Source of the DNA: Callorhinchus milii
Taxonomy: Eukaryota
Direction: 5' to 3'
DNA length: 64,000 nucleotides
Assembly (NCBI RefSeq): GCF_018977255.1
Contig: NW_024704743.1
Span: forward strand, 62,312,001-62,376,000
Positions within the stretch are counted from its first letter, which is position 1; each line of letters starts with the position of its first letter. The notes beneath the pieces were generated by a model, which was given only the letters and a program-made list of their open reading frames with translations, did no database searches and was not told the DNA's origin. Below are positions 39,701 to 51,700 of the stretch, piece by piece. Made by a program: the position numbers and the translations under genes.

Positions 39701-42700
39701 ATTTGAACCCTGGTATTTAAAGTGAAAGAACAGGCCCTCATCTCAAAGTCACAGAATAACTTGCCAACTTTTCAACAATCATCAATCCAATTAGAATTCC
39801 TAAAAAGCTGTGTCACAGCCTGATGTTTTGGCACATGGATTGAAAGAAATTACTGTAGTTTAGGCAATCTATCTTGTGCTGATCACTAAAAACATCCATG
39901 GTCGGCCGTCCTTGTTGATGGTGCCTGTAGAGAGCACAGCTTTAGAGTGCTGTTCGTGGGACATCAGCCCAGAACCAACTCAATCAGAGAATGGACGATA
40001 CCCTGTGGAGAAGCTTTGAAATGTCGCACTGACCACAACAGCACGGCTGCCAGCAGCGGCTTAACTGGTGGAGGAGTAGATAGGGGGCTGGCAAGTGTTC
40101 TTCACACTGAAACTAGTCAAGAATTAAAGATTGTTTCGAACCTCAAGTTTCAGCAAAATCACTGCTGATAATTATCACATCAGAGATCGCATTTTTCACC
40201 TCATTGAGTGACGGGGGTGGGGGGAATAGGATTAAAAACTATTTAAACAGGGACTTGGTAGTTAAACCAATAATAATAATAATAATCCTTGTGTTTGATA
40301 TAGCGCTTTTCACGTCTTCTAGACCTCTCAAAGCGCTTCACAGAATATACGGTAAAGTGAATTGACTGTATATTTATGAACAAAACACGCAACAACAACA
40401 ACAACAACAACAAGATTCCATTTATAAAGCGCCTTTCACGTCAGGAGGACGACCCAAGGCGCTGCACAGTTGGGTCATGACCCGAGCAGGGGGGAAATGG
40501 TCAGGGTGAGGGGAGGGAAGGGAGAGAGCGAGGAGGGGGGAAATGGTCAGGGTGAGGGAAGGGAGGGAGCAAGGAGGGGGAAATGGTCAGGGTGAGGGGA
40601 GGGAAGGGAGGGAGCGAGGAGGGGGAAGAGAGTCGAGAGGGGAGCTGAAGGCACGGTCAAAGAGAAAGGTTTTGAGACGCGGCCAATTGTGCACAGCAGT
40701 GTCCCACAAACAGTCGTAGATTGAAGCGACCAATTTATTATTTTTTTTCTTGAGGGATTATCATCAGGTGTGTGGAGTAAGGAAACTTGCCCAAGGTTTC
40801 ATCCTGCTGGGAATCGAACCCAGATCTCTTGCTTGTGAAGCGAGTGCTCTAACCACTGAGCTGCAGGACTCCACAATACTGAGTTTCCATGGCAGAGCAG
40901 GTTTGGTGGGTCGAAAGACCGCCTCCTATTCGTGCTTTCAGCCACTATGCCCTGAAATTCTGGAACACCCTTCCTCTAACCCTTCCTTCCCCATCTTCAG
41001 GTCGCCCAGGCCTGCGAAAGTGTAATCTGTACAGATCTGTCCCAAAACTGATCCCAATGTCCTAACAATCTGAATCCTTGTCTCCTATACCATTGTCCAG
41101 CCACAGTATTTACTTGCCGTACCTTACCATTACTATAGTGGCAGTAATCTTGAGATTACATCCTTTGTAATGAGATTCATCTCATTCAAATTACAGTGGA
41201 ATCTGCTTTTGCCGGACGCCGGATAACCATGGACGTCAGGTAAATCAAACAAAATGCCCGGCCCCAAATCATCTATATTCTTACCCATTTTACATATATC
41301 TGCTAATTCAGACGAAATTCCAGTTAATTCGGGGTAAATGCCGCGCTGGTCGTCACTGAACTTACTCTCTCATGTCTTGTGTGTGTCGAGTTACTCCGGG
41401 ATGGAGATGGGAGGAGTCAAATTGCAATTGGCAACGGACTCCAGCCATTCGCAAGCTGCTGGAGTCAAGCTGTCAATCAGCTGTCAATCAGTGAGGGGGC
41501 GGGGGGAGGGGGGGTGAGAGGAACGGGGAGGAACAAGGACGGGAAATCGTGATTGATTGACAGCTGAGCCGCTTGTGTTTGGCTGGAGCCCAAACATTCA
41601 CAAGCGGCTTCGGCTGTCAATCACATCAGCCATCGCTAATTGGTCCCCTTCCCGCCCAATGGGAACGGCAATGGGAGAGAGGAAGCCCCGCCCCCACTCC
41701 TCTGCTGGGTGAGAAAGTAGTGAAATAGTTTGTAGGCAAACAAAGATAAATAGATTTTACTGAATTCTGTGAGAGTATTTTAACATTGCTTCAAGTGAAA
41801 CAACATTATTATATATCGTTACATGGCACAGCCTCAGCTCCTCTGCTGGGCGGGAATGGTATTTCTATTAACCTCGGACACCTCCTAAGTCGGACAAAGT
41901 GTTCAGCCCCAATGTGTCCGCCTTAACCGGCTTCCAATGTATGTGAAGATGTTTTGACTTGATGAAATGTTCCAAAAATGCAACTTCAAATTTTTAGTTT
42001 TAGAGAATACTGAAATGCAGATTTAAATAGTTTTAGAATTTGGTTGGATTGCCTACAAACACGGTGTTAATGGACCTTTAATATCCAAGTAACTTATCAA
42101 ACATCTCTTTGACGATAATGAAAGTATTGAATAGTAACTACCGTCCGATTGGTGCAAACGGGAGTAAAGGCATTGGTTCCACAGGTGAAGATCATGTTCC
42201 CAATGACAAGAAGGACCCGGATGTAATTCTGACACTCCTCCTGCAAAGGCACAAAAGTCAAGTTCAACAAAGAAAGATACAAAAAACAAAAACATAGGTT
42301 ATAGTTTGCATTACATTCTTCCAATACATCTGTATGAGCATAGCCAAAATTTCCATATACATTCATTGCGTATAATAAATTGAAAAGAACTATTACTCAA
42401 TTGGCTAGCTCCTTTGGGGCCTATTTTCATCTGGTAGGCAAGTTTACAGCTTCATTAGTGAGGCTAGTACCTGGCATGCAGCCTGCATCATTCACACAAT
42501 GTGCCACGAGTTGTAGGTGTTTTATGTAAATTGAGTGGCTCAACAGTAATCACAGGCACTTCTGATTTCCTGCTGCTAATTCTGTAATTGTATTGAGACC
42601 AACTTGAAGCTGCCCTCAACACTAACTGAAGCATTTTAAAATGTTTTAAAAAAAAACAGAAACAGATGGAGGTTTGACTTCAGTCAGTCAGGACTCAGCT

Positions 42701-45700
42701 CGTCCTTGCCCTGAAACCTGGGCCGGATGTTTGAGCTCACCTTGATTTGGGGAACAATAGGATCAAAACTGCTGTGGTCCTAAACACTTCAAGAGTCATC
42801 TTTGAAATCTCTCACTCCTATAGAGAAAGAGAGGGGGAGTGGGACTAATTGGATAGCTCTTTACAAAGAGCCAGCTCAGGCTGTATGGGTCAAATGGCCT
42901 CCTTCTGTGTAGGATTCTATGATTCTAACTCCCTCCGATAAGTAAATTGGGTCTAAAATGTAATGATTTGAAACAAGATTTTTAAATAAGCATTCCAAAT
43001 TATGAGTGGGGATTCATTCCAGTAACTGGAGCTTTGTTCCAATATTTTTGGGGCAGCATTGCATGGAGCTGATGATGAATTTCCAGTTATCAGAAAGATT
43101 CCCCATTTGTGACTTGAATCTTAGTCCCAGCAAATGACTTTTATTTAATGTAGTCACCACTCAGTCAATGGTCTTTCACAACCCAGACAAAATTGCTGAA
43201 GCTGAGCCCTACTTACTTTCTGCCTGTAGTGTGAAACATTAAACACACTGTACTGGTAACTAGCCCCTTACTGTCTAAAAACTCCTAAGAGCATATCTCT
43301 TTGAAAGTGCCTCTGATCAAAGTTTATATATCACTTCATTTCCCTTCTTGATGTGCACCACTGCATTTGGTGAGTGCTTGGAGGCATGAAAAGGTATTAT
43401 ATAAATACAAGTTGTTATATTCACATACACCATTCACCACGTCAATGACAACAATAAAAATTTCAGGTATAAAGTCTCATTCATGTAGGACAACGTCTTG
43501 AGGTTATTTATGAAAGAATGGGAGTTTCGGGGTGGTGAACTATTTTGGGAGGTCAGCCAGGTGTCTGATACATGTGGAAACCCATCACCATGCTTAGGAG
43601 TGTCCAAACCAAACTGAAAATTAAATGCAACCCACCTACACAAGGAAATCGCAGAGATAGGTTGTTGGAATGGAATGCGCACTCTCTCCCTGGAGAGACA
43701 CATCCTGCTTACATAATTCCGGAAAGTATTAAGACACAGGTTGCAAGCGCCAAAGCTTGGGGACCCCAGAATGGCATTGGGGTACACTGGAGTCTGTCCA
43801 GCTAAAACTGCATAATTTGCCATTGATATAGAGAACAGTCAAAGAGATACAATATAATATAATATAATATAATATAATATAAGAGGGATTTTAAGGCTGG
43901 GAAAAAAGTTGGTAGGCTAAATGATTTGGGGAGAAAGTTCTAAAGACCAGGTGTATATTGGTTGAAGACTCAGCCACTGGCTGTGGGACCTACATTATGA
44001 AGTTAAGTTTTATTCAATGAGCTAGGCACATTTTAGTATATTTTAATTTGTAGAATAATTGTACTTAGTAGAAAATCTAAAATATTTTGTCAATAAATGA
44101 TTATTACTGAATGGTAATTCATTCAGAGATAACTGAATGGCCACGCTCTTAATTATAAGACTTCACCCAGTTTAGATTATTAATGATTTTCACAACTATA
44201 TTACAGACATATTCAGTGATGGTGTTTATTCTGAAATTCAAGGCAACTTTAAAACTCAAATACTTGATATTCCTGGTATTACATTAGAGCATGGGATCTT
44301 TCTAATCCCACTCAATACCAGGCATACCAAGACAAGGTTTGCATTAGAAATCCAATGGTTCGCATGTTAAAGCAGCTTGTTTACATCTTTGCTAAAAAGA
44401 TGCCAAGCCCTCGAGAGCTCCCACTCACCCCGTGGTACAGCACCCTGCTTTATTCTCCCCAGAACAATCACCACCTACCTCGGTTTTGCCTTTGCTGAAA
44501 CAACCTCTTTTAGTTGCCTTGTCTGAGTGCCATTCCACCCCCTGCCAAACAAAAACCATACAGTTACACTTAATATTACACCAAGCACCGCAGTTCGTGA
44601 GCAACTGAAACCTGACCGAGATGAACAGTTCATAGTTGATACAAAACTGCACTGTCTGTGTGAAAAATAACTGCACTTCTTAGGCTCCTGCATGGATGCA
44701 CGCACACAAAAAGGCTGGAAATTAATTGTTTCACTGTTGCACAGAGACAGGCTTCATTTATTAACATCAATAAGCACACATTTTTAAACAGATGTTCTTC
44801 AGTCCCTAAACAGATGGTGCGGCTAAATATTGTAAAAAAAAGGCAAATGGGTAGAGTTGAAATGTTTCCAATGGAACTACATAATGGCCTGCAAAATACT
44901 ATATATATTTCAATAATCATTTGCTTAGGACTTTAGGCTGGTAATAACTACACATTAAAGATTATTGACTTTGGCTTTATTTCACTTATCTTAAGCTTTC
45001 TTAACATTGTGTCTGTTTGCAGCGCAACAATATAGATTTTATAGTGAATTTCTGATTGCTGGAGAAGGGAGGAAATTGGACAATAATCATCCTATTCAGC
45101 TGAAGCAGCATCAACCACAAGTTTAATAACTTCAGAGCATGTCACTAGGCTCAGTTGGTAGCACTCCCACCTTTGAACCAGAAGATTGTGGGTTCAAGCC
45201 ACATGCTGGGATTTGAGCTGTAGTCAAAGCTGATACTCCAGTGCAGTGCTTAGGAAACAAACCCGGCATTTTTGGAGGAGTCATCTTTCGGGTAAGAAGT
45301 TATGTGTTCCGATTGTTATATGTTCCATCTATCTATTCATATGAACATTGAAGGTACTATGACACTATTGAAAAGAGTACTTCTCCTGCTGTCCTGGCCA
45401 ATAATCATCCACATTAAATGGTTATTCATCTCAAGACCCCTTTGGGAATTTGTGCTCATAGCATAGGCTGACATTCCAATGCAGAAGTGGGAGAGTCCTG
45501 CATTGTCAGAGGTGCCAACCTTCAAATGAAATGTTAAATTGATGTCCCATTAACCTGTTCACATTGCACAAGATCCACAGGTTTTAGAAACAATTCAGAT
45601 ACAATGACAAAAAAAATCCATTCCTAATTCTGCTCAAAAGGAATTTTAAAAAAGCACAGAAATGAACATTTCTGATCTGATAAAGCAAGTTTTACAGAGT

Positions 45701-48700
45701 AGAAGAGGGGATAAAAGACCCTATGCACATGCTGAATTTATTGAGACAATTACAAATGGCACTTTAACTGTGAAGCTTTTTTTAATGAAACTCTGTAAAC
45801 TCATCAGATTTCCAATCGCAATCTGATGAGGCAGATTAACTGTAGTTACTGTACACCGGATGTTGTACACTAGAGCCAAGCTCTGCAGAGTGCGGCCTGA
45901 GTCACAGCAAGAGACGTACACAACTGAGATGCCAGCATCCCAGCCCCGACATGTAATGGCTACCCTATGGGCCCAGCAGCTGTTTGAATTACTGAATACT
46001 TTGAACACGAGAGGCACACGGGAAATGGCTTTAATGACACTCTGACAGTTTGCTTCAAAATATGCCACTCTAAAAAAAAGAGCTACGTTTGCTCCATCGC
46101 AGCTGATGGCATCAGTTCAAGGAGCTCAGCCTGTTAGGGTGCACGTAGCTTCCTGTCGTATGGAGACCAACGTGTTACTTTTGTTAACAACAAACTGCAA
46201 ATTGAATGTGTAGATGTGCAGAACTTCCCATTTCCGTTATTTCATGTCTTATCAGTATTTGAGGTTATTGGCAGGATTAAAATAACCATCTTTTGTGGAA
46301 GCCAACTAACGTTCCATCTGTGACGCACTGGTAACTTGTGTTTAATGGCTTGCCTTTCCAAACCTGGTGCCCTCAGTCTAGTTGATATGGTTTGAGTTTC
46401 AGCTCAGCCCCATTTCAACACAACAACAAGATTACATTTGTATAGCGCCTTTTACGTCGGGAGGACGTCCCAAGGCACTGGGATCAGACCAGTAATGATG
46501 GCACAGACCAACCTAATTACTAGCAAGGGAAAAGCCAGACAGATCTATAAAGTTGAACATGGCAGTACATTCATTGCACACAGTGTGTCTTATTTATGAC
46601 AGTAATTATGAGTTATTTCTTTAAGCAATTGCTTCTTAAATAGCTGCTTACAATTTGGACTTTGTCACTTTTTAGATGTTGCTCTGACGTTACTGAACCA
46701 CAAATGATAAAAGCTTGGTCGAAAACCATTCCACACTACCCCACTGACACAAACATACAATCGATCACACACACACATACACACTCACAAAAACAAAACA
46801 AACACAGAAACACACCCACAATCAGAATTCATATGGAACCATGAACCATCAATTAATTTTATTTTAAAAAGGACAATAGATAAATGCTTGAGGAGGAAGA
46901 ATATTAAAGGAATAGGAGGGCATGAGGAGCAAGCAGGAGAGTCAATTTGAAGGTGGCTAAAGGTGAAAAGCACTAATGGAGATTTAACGGTCTGAATGTG
47001 ACGTTCCACGAGTCTAGTACCAAACATCCTGTCAGACTTTTTTTTCAGCTTATTCTTCTTGCCTGATGTGACTAATTCTGTGCTTTGTGGGATAGTTCTC
47101 ACTGGCAGGTTTGTGTGGTTTGTAACAGGTCCTCTTTGACCTGCACAACACATAGATTTTCTGTACAAAGACGCGTCACCCATTACGTCCCAAACAAGAT
47201 TAAAAATAATATCCAAAATTCTAGCCTCAGTAACTCCAACAGATGGCAGCAACAATGTTTCAATGCTTACCTTTTGTTCCTCTTATTAAGTCTACATATT
47301 AAAATAAATTGGGCTCACAATTAAACTGCTGAAGTAGCAGACCTATATAGTTCAGACCTCACAAGTACTAGGATATAAACCAGACCCACCCCTGAGGATT
47401 GAGTTAAACCTCACACTTCACATAAATCTCTTGCCACCAAAGACTGAATTGGATAAATGCATCCTTAAAGGGGAAGGTACGTCATGGTGGAGTACTTTCT
47501 GTTCAAAGTATACTCCTACCCCCAGCTATAGAATGAAAATACCGCTGTAGAATTATATTATACCCGTTGTGAGGAATCTTACTTTACTTTATTGCCTTCT
47601 ACTCTTCCCCTCAGCTGCTAAACAGCTCCAGCTACGCGTGTAATGGGAGGAGCTGCAAACATCTCAGACTAGTTCTGTCTAGTAGAAAGGAGGCAAGAAC
47701 TTCAGTCCAGCCTCAGGGCCAATCTGGAGTTATTCACAAGCTGGAATGGGAGGACCCAAGGCGCTGGTTAGACCCGAGCCGTGGTCCTCCCGATGTGAAA
47801 GACGCTATATAATTCTAATTTTGTTGTTGTTGGTGTTGCATTTGATATAGCGCCTTATCACATTGTTGCGACATCTCAAAGCGCTTCACAAAGTGTAAAG
47901 TGAATTGACTGTATATTTTGTGGGGGATCCGCTGATGAAATGGACTGCAAAAGATGCAGGAAGACATAGATAGCCTTGCAAAATGAATGGAGAGGTGGCA
48001 GATGTAGTTTAATATAGGGAAATGTGAAGTGATCCACTTTGTAGGAGGAATAAAGAAGTCAACTATACCCTGATGGTAAGAACGTAAGAGGAATAGAAGT
48101 TCAAAGGGAACTAGGGATTCAGATTCAATAGACTTTAAAGTAGCAGCACAGGTCAGAAAAAGCCATGAAAATGCAAATAAGTTCCTTGGTTTTAGGTCCA
48201 GGGGAAAAAAATAGGGTAATAATGTTAAATTTATATAAAATCTTGGTAAGACCACATCTGGAGTACTGTGTACAGTTTTGGTCCCCTTTTACATCAAGGA
48301 TATTGAGGCATTGGAGAGAGTACTGTGTAGATTTACAAAGATGTTATCAGGAAAGAGTAGATACAGCTATTAAGAAAGATTGGAGCATTAGAGCTTTCTT
48401 TCTTGAAGCTACGTTGTCAGAGGAGACCGGATAAAGATGTTTAAAATGATGAAAAGATTAAATTTACTGGACATAAATAGTCTGTCTCCACTTGTTGGTG
48501 AGTTCAAAGAAGGGAACACAAACATAAGATAGCCACAAGCAGATCTAAACCGAAGTTTTACATTTATTTACGCAGAAGGTAGTTAGAATGTGGAATTCAC
48601 TGCCAGAAGCTTTGGGTAAAGCCGAAAACATCAATATAGTGAAGAGGAAACTGAGCGATAAATGAGGGAGAAGGAAATAAGAGGGGTGAGGGGCAAGAAA

Positions 48701-51700
48701 TTATTAGGCAGAGTGAAGGTTTATGTGAAATATAAACACTGGCACAGACTAGTTGGGCCAAATGGTCTTTTTCCATGCTATGTAATCTGTGTAATTCTAT
48801 GTAGAAAAAGGCCAATGAGAGTGATATGTGATATTTAGGGACATTCCCAGTCTCTGCTACTCTTGTGTTGATATGGTATTAAGCAGGAAATATCTAGTCC
48901 AAAGGACTTACACATTGACAACATACATGATGTCACCACATCACGTAGGAACAGTCCATTGAGTCTGTTCTGTCCGTTTATTAGATCATGGTAGAGCTTT
49001 TAATCCCATTTCCTTGCCTTTTCTCCATACCCCTTATCAACCATCCCAAATCTATCTGCCAACAGTAAACTCCTGATTACTTATCACTCCAAGGGAAAAG
49101 GGCTCAGTGATGAGTTATCCAGAGGGGCGAGTTAAACATATGTATATATACATATATAAACATAGATATTGACAGCATGATGACTGAAGTGGTAATGACA
49201 AGTTAAGCCAGGGTCAACTTATCAGGAGTTTACTGTAAGTCCCTTTTTTCTTATTCCAATTGATTTTGTCTTGATAACGCTCTGGGTTAGTGATTCCACA
49301 TGTTTTACAAGCCTTGTTTGAAGAAATCTCCTTCGCATCATCTACATTGTATAACACGAAAGAAACACAAGCATTTTGCTCCTAACTTTCCCTTCTGTAG
49401 TGAACAGGGTGAAGTCCCGTTCAGCTCATGTTTTTACTTGAAAAGTGCATTCAAGTATCCTCCTACCAATGACAATGTATCAATTGATGTACAGTGAACA
49501 GTGTTCTTTATGGCTTTACAATTCAGCCCATACAGGTCCACACACTCAAATTACTGTATTGTGTGTGGGTTAGAATCTCTGCCATGTAACAGTTAGCTGA
49601 ATAAACAGTATTATCATTAACCGCAACAAAGAGCCACTGAACCATTTCAACACTGACTCAGCGCTACTGTTTTAAGTGAAAACTAGGTTTTAATGTAATA
49701 AAAACAACAAAGGAAAGTACAGAGCACAAAGTACAAGGCATTCTTGGGGTTGACGGTGACATATTAAAGGGTTTTAATGCTGTAATAATGTCCGACAGCA
49801 ACCACATGTGTGTTGTTTTCAGAAAGTAATTGTGTCAACAGTACAATGCTATAGAAAGCTATTTCCAAAAAAGGAAATTCAAGCACTTCGTCTCTCTATA
49901 GTGACCAAAAATGGATCCAATAAAACAGTCGCTCTCGCTGTGCCTTGAAATCAGGTTTAAAGCCTTTCGTTGTGTACGGTCATAAATTACTGCTAATGTC
50001 TTTGGTGTGGTAAGTCAGCCCATCCCACTGAAAGATCAGAAGCACTGAAAGCAGATGCTTGGCTTTCTTTGAAATGCTGCACATTGACCTGATTACCTGC
50101 TACAAACACTGTGCTTCACATCAAAGAATCATAGCTGCTAAAGTAAAAACAAACAGCTTTCACACACCTGGATCAATGACAAGTCCTCCAGCCTTAGCCT
50201 GAAGAGGTGGTTTCTGCAAGAAATAGTTTTGTGTTACCAAGAGATCCATCTGATAGTGAGGGAGGAAGGGTAGTGTATAGCAGGTACATTTGTTACAATG
50301 CGGAACTGAGATCCCAAATTCCTTCAGATCACAATCTTAAAATCTAAGATCCTGCTGAATTTTGAAAAATTCTTCCAATTCTGTCTTGACGTTTACAAGT
50401 CTCTCATAAACTGCGGAAAAACAGCTTAAAATTAACAAACTATGATGTGCATGGAAGTCAAAATAATCTAGCAATGCTGACGTCACCAGATAAAGTGACA
50501 TAATACAATACACATTTATATTTATACAGCGCCTTTCATGTCGGGAGGACGTCTCAACATGCTTCACAATGCTGCCTAGACATCAGAGTGGAGGGGCAGA
50601 AGCCGAAAGAGGGTGGGGAGGGGAAAGATGACTGAAAATGCAGTCAAAGTTATCCGTTAATGAAAGTGAATCCACATACATGCAATGAAACCAGAGACTG
50701 TGGGAGGAACACTGTAGGTCGATTTGTGTCTGAGAAAAACTGATGGGTTAATATTTTTGCGTGTGATCCCTCACCAGAACTCTATGTGGAGACAATGCAA
50801 TGGGGGATCGGACTCGAGAAGGGAACAGGATAATTCGACACTAGGACATTCAGCCGCTTTTCATTACAGACTACATGGAAAAGTGGGAATGTAAAATCTG
50901 TATTAAGCTGTTGTGACGTGGCATTTAGTCTGCGTTTTAAAAGAAACATGAATATAAAAGTGTGCCACGCCCACTTGCTGGTTGGATACTAAACATTCTT
51001 CACAAGTTTGGGCAACTCTGCTATTCGACACCCACCTTGGCATCACTGCCACACCATGGTTTATCAAGTAATTCGCTCCTCAATCATTCGAAGGGGAACC
51101 AGACAGCATGAAATGTAAGCAGCAGCCACAGGTGGCTTGTGAGCCTTTCACTGCACTGCTCCTGCTGCATAAATCCTTCAATGCAATAGTCCCAGAAGAA
51201 GCATTTAAGTGCTCCAAGACGCTGTACCGTGTGAAGCACATTACATAAATGCAAATTGTTGTTGTTTTACTATAACTAGTCAAATGAACAGAGACAATAT
51301 AGAGAGTGTAGGGCTTGTAGTTGGTACCTTTCCTCTCTCATCCCAAGGCTCAATGTTATTACTAGAAAATGACAGTTAAGTACGAATAGATTCTTCTAAA
51401 AAAAATCAATAGCAAACCTCTGACAGCACAAAAATATCTTTTACAGCATCTTAATATTAATCAAGACTGAACCAGACTACAAGAGCACTTACACAAACAA
51501 GTCACGGCTGATTATTTGCTATTGAAAGGAACAGACACTCAGGATGTGAAATGTTCAGAATCAGAACTCCTCTCTACAATAATGTCAAAAGCAGCGAATT
51601 GTTAAATGTGAAACGGGATTTCTTACCTTGCTCCAACGATGAGCTCTTTTTGGCCGGGGTCAAAAGTCATTTGAGAATAGTCGAATACATCAGTAGCTTT

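Noticed and set aside
40489..40625. CRISPR-like array
   Set aside because: Contiguous tandem units without unique spacers, in eukaryotic intronic DNA
47815..48434. Independent protein-coding gene
   Set aside because: Frameshifted CR1 ORF2 remnant and its antisense shadow
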